Assembly (NCBI GenBank): GCA_903908245.1
Contig: CAIVRE010000014.1
Location: 31,963 to 95,962, forward strand
Length of the DNA stretch: 64,000 nt
Reading direction: 5' to 3'
Origin: Candidatus Omnitrophota bacterium
GTDB lineage: Bacteria > Omnitrophota > Gorgyraeia > Zapsychrales > Fredricksoniimonadaceae
Shown: positions 1 through 10,557 of the stretch, piece after piece
Numbering within the stretch: position 1 is the first letter of the stretch
Layout of the letters: each line of letters begins with the position of its first letter
Translations under genes and position numbers: made by a program
The notes under the pieces: generated by a model
What the model was told of the DNA's origin: nothing
The model's database searches: none
The model's input: the letters and a program-made list of their open reading frames with translations, nothing else

Positions 1-43
1 TTGTCCGTCCCCGGCCTGCGCAACCTTTTTCATGAACCCGCCA

Positions 44-793
44 TCAGAAATTGCGCGCGACCCCGATGGCGCCACTCACTATATAAGTATCTTTGACAAT
101 AGGACTCTTACAAATATTATTATCCAGCCATTCAACGCCCGTACGGATGACCACGCGCCACTCTTTGGAAAAACCCGTAGCCAGCATGACGCCGACGAAC
201 GGATCAGCCGCGGATCCCGGATCATACGCCGAACGGTCCGGTCGCACCTCCGCCGACCGGACGCCGTAATAATAACCCGTCAACTGAGCGGATTGCGCTT
301 TCACACCAGCGGACATCCTAAGCCTGAAATATTTCAATTTGTAGAACTGCTCCAGGAACAGCTCGCCTTCACGGCCGTTATAACGCGACAATATATCATT
401 AAGGACCCTGGCATTAAGGGATAACCCCTTAAAAGGCAATTCCAGCTCGGCCCGCAAGCCCGCGTCCCATGACTGCCGGCGATCCTCCATCCCGTTCAAA
501 GCCGTGCTGTCCTCGGAACTGTACCCCATCATCCGGGGAGACGTGACCACGCTCAACTTGAGGCCGCCATGTTCATAGAACGAATACCCCGCCTCGATCC
601 CACGGAAATAAAACCCCTTATAGTCCCAGGAAAAGAACGGGACCGGCATGACCTTTGCCCCGACCCCGTAATACGGACTGGTCATCACAACCGCACCGGC
701 CCCCAGAAGCTTCGGTGCCGGCTCCTCGGCCAAGACTGGGAACATCATCATTGTTCCGCTTAAAAGAACGGCCAGAAAAACTCTTTTGCGCAT
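44..793 (-). CDS. mipA: MipA/OmpV family outer-membrane protein
   Basis: Start re-assigned to MRKRVFLAV (ATG 793, GGAGG upstream). Signal peptide, alternating beta strands, 'YYYGV...E' and 'I.KSPIV' motifs, C-terminal Phe. Confidence 0.8.
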   Translation of the reverse strand: MRKRVFLAVLLSGTMMMFPVLAEEPAPKLLGAGAVVMTSPYYGVGAKVMPVPFFSWDYKGFYFRGIEAGYSFYEHGGLKLSVVTSPRMMGYSSEDSTALNGMEDRRQSWDAGLRAELELPFKGLSLNARVLNDILSRYNGREGELFLEQFYKLKYFRLRMSAGVKAQSAQLTGYYYGVRSAEVRPDRSAYDPGSAADPFVGVMLATGFSKEWRVVIRTGVEWLDNNICKSPIVKDTYIVSGAIGVARNF

Positions 794-865
794 ATCCCCC
801 TCCTTGTCAGGCTTGAATATATCATAAATATTGTTTTGCAGCCCGCCTGATGTTATCTTTAATAT

Positions 866-1936
866 ATGAATAAAACGCCCGAAGGGGCCGAAGGCCCCCG
901 CATCAAGCACTACCTTGACCTGGCGATCAAATACCAGGCATCGGACATCCACCTGGTCGCCGGACAGCCGCCGGTGTACCGTGTCCAGGGCGCATTGATG
1001 ACCGTCGACCTTCCTTCCATTGATGCGGAGTATCTGCAGGAAGTGATCAACGAAATGTTCAATCAATCGCAACGCGAAACATTCTCAAAGACCCATGAGC
1101 TGGACTTTGCCTACTCCTGCGTTAAAGGCTATTGCTTCCGCGTGAATGTCCATCAGGAACGCGGCAATGTCGCGGCCACAATCCGTATCATGCCGAGCTC
1201 GCTCACCAGCCTTGAACTGCTGGGCCTTCCGCCGTCGATCGGAGAACTGGCCCTGAAGCGGTCGGGGCTCATCCTTATCATCGGGCGCGCCGGCTCCGGA
1301 AAAACAACAACAATGACGCACATGGTCGAGCATATCAACCAGAACTGCCGGCTAAAGATCATCACCATCGAAGACCCGATCGAATATATGCACACGTCCA
1401 AGAAAAGCCTGATCACCCAGCGGGAAGTCGGAGAAGATACCGCCTCCTTCACCGCCGGGCTGAAATACGCGCTGCGGCAGGACCCGGATGTGGTCGTGGT
1501 CGGTGAAATGCGCGACCTGGATTCCATCTCCATGGCACTGACGACCGCAGAGACCGGGCACCTGGTGCTGGGGACCCTCCACGCACCCGACGCGATCGAA
1601 GCCATCAATCGCATCATTGACGTTTACCCCGGAGACAAACAGAACCAGATCCGGGTGCAAATGGCGGAAAACATGCTCGCGGTCATCGGCCAGCACCTTC
1701 TCCCCAAGAAAGACGCTTCCGGAAGGGTGCTCGCGTCCGAACTGATCGTCACCACCATGGCCATCCGCAACATGATCCGGCGCAACGCCCTGGCCGAGAT
1801 CCGCAGCCAAATGGAAACCGGACGGGAAGGCATGTACACGCTGGAACAATGCCTCTCTTCCCTGGTCAAACGCGACATCGTGGCGCCCGACGTAGCCCAA
1901 AGCCACGCCAAATTCCCGTCACTTCTCGAGTTTTAA
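866..1936 (+). CDS. pilT: Type IV pilus retraction ATPase PilT
   Basis: ASDIHL, Walker A GRAGSGKTTT, TIEDPIEY, ALRQDPDVVVVGEMRD, TAETGHLVLGTLH, AIRNMIR. Confidence 0.92.
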   Translation: MNKTPEGAEGPRIKHYLDLAIKYQASDIHLVAGQPPVYRVQGALMTVDLPSIDAEYLQEVINEMFNQSQRETFSKTHELDFAYSCVKGYCFRVNVHQERGNVAATIRIMPSSLTSLELLGLPPSIGELALKRSGLILIIGRAGSGKTTTMTHMVEHINQNCRLKIITIEDPIEYMHTSKKSLITQREVGEDTASFTAGLKYALRQDPDVVVVGEMRDLDSISMALTTAETGHLVLGTLHAPDAIEAINRIIDVYPGDKQNQIRVQMAENMLAVIGQHLLPKKDASGRVLASELIVTTMAIRNMIRRNALAEIRSQMETGREGMYTLEQCLSSLVKRDIVAPDVAQSHAKFPSLLEF

Positions 1937-2010
1937 TTAGGGGGACACTTTACTTAATTCACCTCGTGCTTTCTCGTATTAGGTGAATTAAGTAAAGTGT
2001 CCCCCTAATT
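1935..2010. repeat. Perfect 30-bp inverted repeat (REP/MITE-like family A, copy 1)
   Basis: AATTAGGGGGACACTTTACTTAATTCACCT (1935-1964) and its exact reverse complement (1981-2010), 16-nt loop. Fills the gap between two convergent stop codons. Confidence 0.95.
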
Positions 2011-2751
2011 CTACTTCACGCGGGTGGCGGTGAGGCGGGTAAAGACCGGCGCTTTGATCACAATAAAGACCGGCGCATGCCCGGGACCGGCTTCCACGTA
2101 ACCGCTCAGGCGCCCGTCGCGCACCACATTATTCTTCAAGTGCGCCTTCGGCTGCAGACGAACCACATCCACAAGCCTGTTCCCGACCGTGTGCATCTGT
2201 GTCTTGTTCCCGATGGCCAGGTCAATGGTGTAATTCTTCTCACTGTTGCACACCCTGATATCAAAACGCCTGCCCGGCTGAAGATCAAAGGTCCGGGCCA
2301 CATACACCGCGGTCACCGTATCCTGGGTGTTCTCGGGGATAGCAAACCGCTTTTCACTCCCGTCCGTGGCGCTCTTGAAATATGCCAGATGCTTGTCCTG
2401 GTCGAAATCGATCACCGCATCCTTTTTGTACCCGCCTTCACGGCGATGAACCTCATGCCGCAGGGAATAAAGGCGCTCCGCATCAAGATAAGAAACATAA
2501 TGGTCCTCCACGCGGTACAACTTGGAACACAGGCCGACCGTACGCGCCGTGACCTCGATCCGGTAAACTTTCCGCCCTCTCAACTCCGTCAGACCCTTGA
2601 TCTCGGAAGTGATCTCCCCCGCCGTTATCCCGAGCCATTTGATCTTAAAGACCACGGACTCTTTCTCGGGCAAGGACCAGCCCTTGTCCGCGGCATGAGC
2701 GGACGAGGCGCAACACAGGATAAAAAATATTACAGCAATGACTGTTCTCAT
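2011..2751 (-). CDS. DUF3108 family exported protein
   Basis: Signal peptide; 'E...F.IKWLGITAGE', 'LYRVED.Y.S' and 'TQD..TA.Y..R' pattern. Confidence 0.7.
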   Translation of the reverse strand: MRTVIAVIFFILCCASSAHAADKGWSLPEKESVVFKIKWLGITAGEITSEIKGLTELRGRKVYRIEVTARTVGLCSKLYRVEDHYVSYLDAERLYSLRHEVHRREGGYKKDAVIDFDQDKHLAYFKSATDGSEKRFAIPENTQDTVTAVYVARTFDLQPGRRFDIRVCNSEKNYTIDLAIGNKTQMHTVGNRLVDVVRLQPKAHLKNNVVRDGRLSGYVEAGPGHAPVFIVIKAPVFTRLTATRVK

Positions 2752-2832
2752 ATTTATAAATGTTATACTCTAAACAGGACAAGGTTAAGGTTCTTTTCTT
2801 CAACTGCGCCATTCTATCCATGGAGGCGGGCC

Positions 2833-4167
2833 ATGACCCCAAAAACCACGAAATTCTTCGTCCTCGACACCAATGTCATCCTCCATGATAGCGCCTGCCT
2901 TCACCAATTCAAGGAACATGATGTTGTTGTTCCCATCACGGTCATTGAAGAGCTCGACAAATTCAAAAAAGGCAACGAATCCCTCAACTTCCAGGCGCGG
3001 CATTTCCTGAAAGAACTCGACAAGATCAGCGCCGAAGGCATCTTTAACGGCGGGATCCCCATCGGCAGGAACAAGGGCAACCTCCTCATCAAGCTCGACC
3101 AGCGCTTCCACCCCGACCTCAAGCCGCACTTCGAGAACGACAAGCCCGACCACAAGATCCTTAACTGCGCCTATTGCCTGGCCAAAGAATACCCCAACCG
3201 CGAAGTGACCCTGGTCACCAAAGACGTGAACCTGCGGGTCAAGGCCAAAGCCATCCGGCTCATTGCCGAAGATTATACCACCGACCACGTCAAGGATATC
3301 TCGACCATTTACAAAGGCTACCGCTTTGAAGAGAACGTCTCGCGCGACGTGATCGACAGGCTCTGCCATGACCCCAATGGCGTTCCTGTAAAATCGTTCA
3401 AATCACGCAATAAATTCCGCCCCAATGAATTCGTGGTGGCCCGCAACAAGGAAATCTCCGCCCTGGGCTGTGTGGACCCGAAAGACATGATGATCAAGCA
3501 CATCACCAAGGTGAACGCGTCGGGCATCAAACCCCGGAACGTGGAACAGATGTTCGCCCTGCACGCGCTGATGAATGAAGATATCCGCCTGGTCACGGTC
3601 TCCGGCAAAGCGGGCACGGGGAAAACGCTTCTGGCCCTTGCCGCGGCGCTCGCCCAACGCGATAATTACAAACAGATATTCCTGGCACGCCCCATCATCG
3701 CGCTGTCCAACAGGGACCTGGGCTACCTTCCGGGAAGCGTGGACGAGAAAATAAGCCCTTACATGCAGCCGCTGTACGACAACCTCGGCGTGATCCAGGA
3801 CGAGAACATTGAGACCGTCGAACGCCGCGGCAGAAAATTCCAGAAAATGCTCGACGAAGAAAAGCTGGTGATCGCGCCCCTGGCTTATATCCGCGGCCGC
3901 AGCCTGGTCGACACGTACTTCATCGTGGACGAAGCCCAGAACCTCACGCCGCACGAGATCAAGACCATCATCACCCGGGCGGGCGAGAACACCAAAATGG
4001 TGTTCACCGGCGACATTTTCCAGATCGACCATCCGTACCTGGATATTTATTCCAACGGGTTAAGCTACCTGATCGACAAAATGCAGGGGCAGAAACTGTA
4101 CACACATATTTTCCTGGAAAAAGGCGAACGCTCCGAACTGGCGGAACTGGCCAGCGACCTGCTGTGA
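2833..4167 (+). CDS. phoH: PIN-PhoH (PhoH2/YlaK-type) ATPase
   Basis: Start MTPKTTKFFVLDTNVILHD after GGAGG. N-terminal PIN domain, GKAGTGKT, YIRGRS, VDEAQNLTPHE, GERSELAELA. Confidence 0.92.
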   Translation: MTPKTTKFFVLDTNVILHDSACLHQFKEHDVVVPITVIEELDKFKKGNESLNFQARHFLKELDKISAEGIFNGGIPIGRNKGNLLIKLDQRFHPDLKPHFENDKPDHKILNCAYCLAKEYPNREVTLVTKDVNLRVKAKAIRLIAEDYTTDHVKDISTIYKGYRFEENVSRDVIDRLCHDPNGVPVKSFKSRNKFRPNEFVVARNKEISALGCVDPKDMMIKHITKVNASGIKPRNVEQMFALHALMNEDIRLVTVSGKAGTGKTLLALAAALAQRDNYKQIFLARPIIALSNRDLGYLPGSVDEKISPYMQPLYDNLGVIQDENIETVERRGRKFQKMLDEEKLVIAPLAYIRGRSLVDTYFIVDEAQNLTPHEIKTIITRAGENTKMVFTGDIFQIDHPYLDIYSNGLSYLIDKMQGQKLYTHIFLEKGERSELAELASDLL

Positions 4168-4192
4168 CCGGCCACCGCAAACGGCCCGGCCC

Positions 4193-4696
4193 CTAGGCGG
4201 CCAGGCGGCCCCAATACTCGTTCCTCAAAAGGACGCCCACATTCCGGGCCGCCTTTGCCCGGTCATTCTCCCTGCCAACCACATCGGCCTTGTTGCAGGC
4301 CGGAATGCCGCCGATCAGCTGATGAACATAATTATCCTGCTCCTCGTCGCTCATGTAGCGGTCACGGATATCCTTAAGCTCCCCGGAATCGAGAAAGAAC
4401 CCTCCGCAGGAATAACATTCATCCACATTGACCTCGCGGTCACGCTCATACTTATGGGCATGCATCATGCTCCCGCATTTAGGACAGTTCAGCGGAGCCC
4501 TGTTATTGTCATTGGTCCGGGGATAATGCAGCGCGGCCTGCAATGCCTCTCCGGTCCCCTCGTTCTTTTCGTCAAGCATACGCAGCTCCAGATAATCGAA
4601 CCAGATGCCTTTACAACCCCCTTCGCACACATTGACTTTAGTGCTTATCCCGAAATCTTTTTCAACCATTGCCTTGGAACAGACCGGACAATCCAT
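4193..4696 (-). CDS. Tandem zf-TFIIB zinc-ribbon protein
   Basis: CPVC...CEGGCKGIWFD..EL and CPKC...VDECYSCGGFFLDSGEL. Confidence 0.8.
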   Translation of the reverse strand: MDCPVCSKAMVEKDFGISTKVNVCEGGCKGIWFDYLELRMLDEKNEGTGEALQAALHYPRTNDNNRAPLNCPKCGSMMHAHKYERDREVNVDECYSCGGFFLDSGELKDIRDRYMSDEEQDNYVHQLIGGIPACNKADVVGRENDRAKAARNVGVLLRNEYWGRLAA

Positions 4697-4721
4697 ATCC
4701 CCTCCTTGAAATAAAAAGATC

Positions 4722-5051
4722 CTACCATTTCTTGAAAATAAAGAACACTGCCGCGATGATAAACGCGAATCCCACCAGATAATTCCACTTGAAAGGTTCC
4801 TTTAGGTACCACACTGAAAACGCGCTGAATACCACCAAAGTAATAACTTCCTGGACGGTCTTAAGCTGTGCCGCGTTGAACTGCCCGTAGCCCCAGCGGT
4901 TGGCCGGGACCATCAGGCAATATTCAAAGAACGCGATCCCCCAACTGGCCAGAATGACCAGCCACAAAGGCTGGTCCCTGAACTTCAAATGCCCGTACCA
5001 GGCGAATGTCATAAAAATATTGGAAAAAGTCAGCAAAACGACCGTTATCAT
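4722..5051 (-). CDS. DMT family membrane protein (DUF486)
   Basis: SNIFMTFAWYGHLK, SWGIAFFEY, QLKTVQEVITL; four TM segments. Confidence 0.9.
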   Translation of the reverse strand: MITVVLLTFSNIFMTFAWYGHLKFRDQPLWLVILASWGIAFFEYCLMVPANRWGYGQFNAAQLKTVQEVITLVVFSAFSVWYLKEPFKWNYLVGFAFIIAAVFFIFKKW

Positions 5052-6289
5052 GCCCTGACCCTCTTCGCGATCGCGCGGGCCGCAGAAACGCCCGAGGCCC
5101 AGGCCCAGTGTAAATTAAACCCGCCGATACGGCCATCCACATCCACTACCTCGCCGGCAAAATACAGGCCTTCCTGCAAACGGGATTCCAGAGAAGCGCC
5201 TTTCAGCTCCTTAAGGTCAACACCGCCGGCAGTGATCTCGGCCTTGGGGTAACCGGCCGCATCCTTCACAGGTAAAGTGAACGCACGCAATACCCTCTCA
5301 AGGGAATGCCGGTCGTTCTTGCCGACCTCCGACATCCCCGGGCGCTTCGATCCGTCAACTCCGGCCTGCCCCAGCAATATCAATACCAGCCGCTCGGGCA
5401 ATCGCGTACCCAATAAATTCTTTAAACTTTTCTGTCCGGCACCCTGGAACAGGAAATCCACGCCATCATTCTTTACATCCGGGAAGAAATCCGCCCGCAC
5501 CTTGCCGTTCCGGGAACGAGCGTCGATCCACGCCCGGCTGATCTCCAGCGCCACCGGGCCGCTGAAACCGTGATGCGTAAAAAGCAGCGGCCCCTGGACC
5601 GCATGGACCTTCCGATGTTCCACCCATAAAGACAATCCGGCGTTCACCACAATACCCGAAAGGCTCGTGAATATTTCAGACTCTGTCGACAACGGCGTAA
5701 GCGCCGGGCGGGTGGCAACGACCTGATGCCCGAAATTTTCGGCAAATTGATATCCTGACCCATCCGAGCCGGTAACCGGATAGGACAGGCCCCCTGTCGT
5801 AACAAGCACCGCCCGCGCCCTTTCAACAGAACCGCCGGCCACCACATTGAAACAACCATCCTGGAATGCGACAGAACTGACACGCGCACCGCAACGCACC
5901 TGCGCACCGTTACCGGCCGCCGCGCCCGTCAAAGACTTCAACACGGTACGCGCGCTGTTATCTGCCGAAAAATAACAACCATCCTCCTGAAGCGCCATGG
6001 GCGCGCCCCATTGCTCAAAGAACCCAAGCGCATCACCTGTTGAAAAACCCTTGAGCACATGCCGAAGCGTGTGCGCACACCCGGCATGATAATCCTTTTC
6101 GCTGACCTTGACGTTCGTGGCGTTACAACGCCCGCCGCCGCACATCAAAAGCTTTGTACCCGGCTCTTTCTGCCCTTCCAGGACCAGGACCTTGAGTTTG
6201 AGCTTCGCGCCCTCGGCGGCGGCCATCAGCCCTGCCGCTCCCGCGCCGATAATAATAAGATCGTACGATTCATTGGCCATAAAACGCAT
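5048..6289 (-). CDS. HI0933/BaiN family flavoprotein oxidoreductase
   Basis: IGAGAAGLMAA, GGGRCNATN, TGGLSYP.TGSDGSGY, LYFAGEVVDVDGRIGGFNLHWAW. Start may be 6280. Confidence 0.9.
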   Translation of the reverse strand: MRFMANESYDLIIIGAGAAGLMAAAEGAKLKLKVLVLEGQKEPGTKLLMCGGGRCNATNVKVSEKDYHAGCAHTLRHVLKGFSTGDALGFFEQWGAPMALQEDGCYFSADNSARTVLKSLTGAAAGNGAQVRCGARVSSVAFQDGCFNVVAGGSVERARAVLVTTGGLSYPVTGSDGSGYQFAENFGHQVVATRPALTPLSTESEIFTSLSGIVVNAGLSLWVEHRKVHAVQGPLLFTHHGFSGPVALEISRAWIDARSRNGKVRADFFPDVKNDGVDFLFQGAGQKSLKNLLGTRLPERLVLILLGQAGVDGSKRPGMSEVGKNDRHSLERVLRAFTLPVKDAAGYPKAEITAGGVDLKELKGASLESRLQEGLYFAGEVVDVDGRIGGFNLHWAWASGVSAARAIAKRVRA

Positions 6290-6335
6290 TGTAATTGTTT
6301 TTGTTAATTAAGGCAATACAGCGGGAAAAAGCTGC

Positions 6336-6917
6336 CTATGACCGGCCCGGAAGGACACGACGCTTCTTCCACCAAAGGAATAAACCATAACAAACAGCGA
6401 GGATAACGGCGGCGACGCAAACAAGTTTCACGTATCGCACGGCCAGTGCGCCAAAGACGGCCAAAAGGTAAAGCCTCGGGACCACCCCGATCATGGTACA
6501 GACCACAAATGGAATAAAAGGGATCCTGGTCAATCCTGAAGCGATGGAAAAAACCTTGAACGGAATGATCGGAAGGAGACGGCCCAGCAGGACGCTCCAC
6601 ACACCGTATTTCCGAGAGAACGCTTCGGACCTCTCAATATGATGCGGCTTGATGAAGAAATACCGGCCAAACTTTATGACGAACGGCAACCCGGCATAGC
6701 GCCCGATCGCGTAACCGACCATTGCGCCCAGCGTTGAACCCAGCGCGCCGAAAACAACGATCGAATAGAGCGGAACACCGATCGCTCCCGCCCCCGCGAT
6801 GACAGCCTCGGACGGGATCGGAATAACACTCGACTCCAGGAACATTGCAACGAATGTCCCCCAGTCCCCGTGTTTGCTGATAAGTTCCGCGAACATTGGC
6901 GGCATTGATTCAATCAT
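6336..6917 (-). CDS. dedA: DedA family membrane protein
   Basis: FLESSVIPIPSE, GAMVGYAIGRY.G, GRLLP. Confidence 0.88.
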   Translation of the reverse strand: MIESMPPMFAELISKHGDWGTFVAMFLESSVIPIPSEAVIAGAGAIGVPLYSIVVFGALGSTLGAMVGYAIGRYAGLPFVIKFGRYFFIKPHHIERSEAFSRKYGVWSVLLGRLLPIIPFKVFSIASGLTRIPFIPFVVCTMIGVVPRLYLLAVFGALAVRYVKLVCVAAVILAVCYGLFLWWKKRRVLPGRS

Positions 6918-6997
6918 GCGAAAAGTGTACCCGCAGACGCCGCAAGGGTCAAGCGTTAAACCGGAAAATCCTGGCCCTTCACAGATGGGGATCGCGT

Positions 6998-8305
6998 CTA
7001 AAAAGAAGAACGATATTTCAGGAACACCCGGTCGTCCGGCAGGTCAACAGGGGAAATTTTCATCCCCGCGGCAGAATCACTGGCCGAACCCAATGCACCG
7101 CTCGAACGGGCGGGCTTCACCTCTTTCTGCGCACCGAACAAAAGATGGCTGGTCAACTGATACTCCCCCTCCAGGCGCTGGGTCAACTCCCGCTGGCTCT
7201 GGGTATTGGTCCCCACTGCAACCCCATACCCGATCCCCAGGCGTTCCGTCAGGTCTTTCGAGATCGTCACGCCCTGCTTTTTGTCATCCGCATTAAAAGA
7301 AATGTCGCTTAAGCCCATGGCCCGGATGATCCTTACCCGGTCTCCGCCAAAAAGCAGATAATCCACAAAATTGGATGTCAGCGCCGGCGACATCCTGGCC
7401 TTATCCGACGACCCCTCAACCACCCCCGACCAGCGCTTGCCGGTCGCCAGCATCAATAAGAGCTGCTCCTTGGGACACGACGGATCGGAGGTCAAGAGCA
7501 CCTCCGGAGCCTGGCGGGTCCCTTTGACCGAAATATCAATAAGCGTACGCGCGACTTTTGAAGACGCGCGGATATCCAGTTCAGGCTTTGACGGATAGCC
7601 GGTAAATGTCAGCACGCTGGGCTTCAGCTCGATCCTGACAGCAGGACTGCGCAGATATCCGCTGTCTAAAAAAAGCTTGCCGTGCGTCTCCCAACGAGGG
7701 GATCCCCTGATGAAATGAAGGTCCGCCCTGGCCTCCACATCCTGCAGGATAAATTCATTCTGCATGATCCGCTCAATAAAGAAATGCCCGCTGACAGCCG
7801 GCCGGTCCAGTGTTCCCCCAACGAACAGGTCAATATCGCGCAATGCCCCCTTGAACGGCGGGACTTCAAAGAACTTCGTCAAAACACCACGCACATTGCC
7901 CAGGTCAAGGCCGCGGGTATACACATTTCCCGCAACTTCCTTTCCATAAAGCCGTGCGTTAAAGACAACAGGATCATCCCCCGGATGGAAAAGACGCCCG
8001 TTAACGACACCGATATCCAGGCCTTCCAGGGAAAACCGGTTAAAACGGATCGAAAGCGACTGAACCCGGAGAAAACTGGACTCGGGCAGATACGGAATGA
8101 TCCGGACCTCGAGCTGGTCGGCCTTGATACCGCCGATCAGGCTGCCTTCGAGGGCCGCCCATGATACAGTGCGCGCGCCCAATGTCCGGCGGGCGAGCTC
8201 CCTGACAACGGTCTTCGCGCCCCAGGGCGTAAACCCGAGCCATGCAACGAACCCGGCCAAAAGCAGGATCAAACCAACCATGATGGAAAGAAGTACGCGC
8301 ATCAC
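6998..8305 (-). CDS. Short TamB/AsmA-like (DUF490) protein
   Basis: N-terminal anchor, 'GSLIGG', 'GTLDRP', 'P.LDI.A', 'V.GT..AP...LTSDP', beta-rich C-terminus. Confidence 0.65.
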   Translation of the reverse strand: MMRVLLSIMVGLILLLAGFVAWLGFTPWGAKTVVRELARRTLGARTVSWAALEGSLIGGIKADQLEVRIIPYLPESSFLRVQSLSIRFNRFSLEGLDIGVVNGRLFHPGDDPVVFNARLYGKEVAGNVYTRGLDLGNVRGVLTKFFEVPPFKGALRDIDLFVGGTLDRPAVSGHFFIERIMQNEFILQDVEARADLHFIRGSPRWETHGKLFLDSGYLRSPAVRIELKPSVLTFTGYPSKPELDIRASSKVARTLIDISVKGTRQAPEVLLTSDPSCPKEQLLLMLATGKRWSGVVEGSSDKARMSPALTSNFVDYLLFGGDRVRIIRAMGLSDISFNADDKKQGVTISKDLTERLGIGYGVAVGTNTQSQRELTQRLEGEYQLTSHLLFGAQKEVKPARSSGALGSASDSAAGMKISPVDLPDDRVFLKYRSSF

Positions 8306-9216
8306 TTGGGTTCAGGGTGGACGGTAACATCCGCGCCCGGCTCGACCGCGCGGATGACTTTTTCAACAGCAGTGGTCAGGGCATGCGCCTCTTTCAGCGA
8401 CAAGCCGCTATCCATCAGGACATGCATATCAATGAAGACCTGCGCGCCTGACGGACGAATCCGCACGCGATGGCAATTGATCACACCGGGGACTTTAGCC
8501 GCAACAGCAATGACCTTGGCATAAAGCCCGGCCGGAGCTTCATCGAGCAAGGCACTGATCGTGCGCATCCCGAGCTTCACACTCACCTGGACAACGATCA
8601 CGGCCACGCAAAGCGCCGCAATGGCATCCGCATAATGCAAAAAATCACCATTAGGGATCATGTCGCTGAGCGCCACGCACGCAAGGCCGGCAATAACCAC
8701 CGCCGAACTCCAGATATCCGTTGAAAAATGCAGCGCATCCGCTTCCAACGCCTGGCTTTTATGCTTCTTTGCCACGCGATAAAGCATGCGTGAACGCGAA
8801 ATATCGACCAAAATGGAAATGCCCATGACCGCGAACGACCAGAACGTGACCGATACATCCACTTTTCCCAAAACCAGGCGATGAATCGATTCATACCCGA
8901 TCCAAACACAGGTCAAAAGCAGCAAGAACGTTTCAAAAAGCGCCGAAAGGTTCTCGACCTTGCCATGGCCATAGCGATGTTCGCGGTCCGCCGGCTTGGC
9001 CGATTCCCGCACCGCGAAGAACGTGACCGCCGCGGCTACCAGGTCCAGCCCGGAATGAGCCGCTTCGGCCAAAATACCCAAACTTCCGGTAGAAACCCCC
9101 ACCACCAGTTTCATGGCCACCAGGCCAAGCGCGGAAAAAACCGAATTCGTTGCCGCGGCATTCTTTTCCCTCTCCGCGGTCATTGCCACCTCTGCCTTCT
9201 TTTTAAAAATATCCAT
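8302..9216 (-). CDS. Cation diffusion facilitator (FieF-like)
   Basis: AEAAHSGLD, PADREHRYGHGKVE, ADALHFSTD, DVTVHPEP. Confidence 0.92.
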   Translation of the reverse strand: MDIFKKKAEVAMTAEREKNAAATNSVFSALGLVAMKLVVGVSTGSLGILAEAAHSGLDLVAAAVTFFAVRESAKPADREHRYGHGKVENLSALFETFLLLLTCVWIGYESIHRLVLGKVDVSVTFWSFAVMGISILVDISRSRMLYRVAKKHKSQALEADALHFSTDIWSSAVVIAGLACVALSDMIPNGDFLHYADAIAALCVAVIVVQVSVKLGMRTISALLDEAPAGLYAKVIAVAAKVPGVINCHRVRIRPSGAQVFIDMHVLMDSGLSLKEAHALTTAVEKVIRAVEPGADVTVHPEPK

Positions 9217-9227
9217 CCCGACATCCC

Positions 9228-10418
9228 TTATACTTTTCCGGCAAATGCTTTACCGTATTCCACACACGCATCCAGCGCCGGCCCATCCGGCTCCCACACA
9301 TTCTTGATCCCGTCATCCACAACATCATATCCGATCTCTTTGAGGATCGCGCTCATCCGCACCTGCGCCTCACCCGACCAGCCATAACAGCCAAACGCCG
9401 CCGCTTTCTTGCCTTTGAACGCCAGGCCGCGCATTTCTTCCAGCGCGGCGGCTACGGATGAAAGCATGCATTTATTATGCGATGGAGACCCTACCAGGAC
9501 GGCCTTGGAACGGAAAATATCGGTCATCACATCGTTCTTGTCCGACTTTGACAGGGAATGGACAATGATCTCAACCTCGCCATCCGCCATACGGATACCC
9601 CTGGCAATGGCCTCGGCCATAGCGCGCGTCCCACCCCACATCGAATCATAAATAATACAAATGCGGTTCTCCTGATAAGCGTTGGCCCAGGCGTCATACT
9701 TGGCAAAAACCTTGCCGATATCCTTGCGCCAGCAAGCCCCGTGACTGGTGCAGATCATTTCGATCGGCAACCGCATCGCCGCGATCTCTTTCAACTTCGC
9801 GTCAACCATCTTGCTCCAGGGCGCGATAATATTCGCGTAATACTTGATGTCCTCCTCGCGAAGCGTCGCCTGGTCCGCAAGATCAGCAAAGATCTTGTCC
9901 GTCGCCAGATGCTGGCCAAAAGCATCATTGGAAAAAAGAATATTGTCACCCGTAAGATACGTGAACATGGTGTCCGGCCAGTGGAGCATCGCGGCCTCGA
10001 TAAAGACCAGCTTCTTGCCATGGCCGATATCCAGCGTATCGCCCGTACGGACGGGCTTGAAATTCCAGTCCTTGTGATAATGCCCCTTGAGCGACTTGAC
10101 CCCGTTGGGGGTGCAATAGACCGGAACATCAGGGATAGAGCGCATCAGGTCTTCCATCGCACCGCTGTGATCCACCTCGGCATGATTGGCGATCACCGCA
10201 TCGATCTTCCTGAGGTCGATCTCTTTGGGCAATTCACGCATGAACTCCTGGGAATAAGGTGCCCAGACCGTATCGATCAGGACCGACTTTTCCTCTTTGA
10301 TCAAATAAGAATTATATGTGGAACCATGATTGGTCGAATACTCGTCGCCATGGAACCGGCGCAGCTGCCAGTCCACTTTCCCCATCCAATAGACATTGTT
10401 CTTTATTTTTTGTGCCAT
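9228..10418 (-). CDS. fprA: Flavodiiron protein (NO/O2 reductase)
   Basis: GSTYNSYLI, NHAEVDHSG, LHWPDTM, SNDAFGQH, C-terminal flavodoxin (YDSMWGGT, FGCYGWSGEA). Confidence 0.92.
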   Translation of the reverse strand: MAQKIKNNVYWMGKVDWQLRRFHGDEYSTNHGSTYNSYLIKEEKSVLIDTVWAPYSQEFMRELPKEIDLRKIDAVIANHAEVDHSGAMEDLMRSIPDVPVYCTPNGVKSLKGHYHKDWNFKPVRTGDTLDIGHGKKLVFIEAAMLHWPDTMFTYLTGDNILFSNDAFGQHLATDKIFADLADQATLREEDIKYYANIIAPWSKMVDAKLKEIAAMRLPIEMICTSHGACWRKDIGKVFAKYDAWANAYQENRICIIYDSMWGGTRAMAEAIARGIRMADGEVEIIVHSLSKSDKNDVMTDIFRSKAVLVGSPSHNKCMLSSVAAALEEMRGLAFKGKKAAAFGCYGWSGEAQVRMSAILKEIGYDVVDDGIKNVWEPDGPALDACVEYGKAFAGKV

Positions 10419-10507
10419 AAGCGATGCCCCCTGCGTCTTTGTCGCTAAAGATTAAAGCAATATTACAGAACTTTCTTCCTTAATACAATGAGAAAATCCC
10501 CCGAAAA

Positions 10508-10538
10508 TATAAAACCCGGGACTGGCCCGGGTTTTATA
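10508..10538. terminator. Intrinsic terminator hairpin
   Basis: TATAAAACCCGGG-actgg-CCCGGGTTTTATA downstream of the 10558..10956 gene. Confidence 0.75.
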
Positions 10539-10557
10539 GAACAACAACGAATAACGA

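Noticed and set aside
1-33. Possible start of a minus-strand gene (MKKVAQAGDGQ) at the window edge
   Set aside because: Only 11 codons visible and no clear RBS; cannot be supported.
2077-2832. N-terminal extension of the 696-aa PhoH ORF; similar extensions at 794-1072, 25084-25434 and 36985-37368
   Set aside because: These overlap real genes; internal starts match family N-termini.
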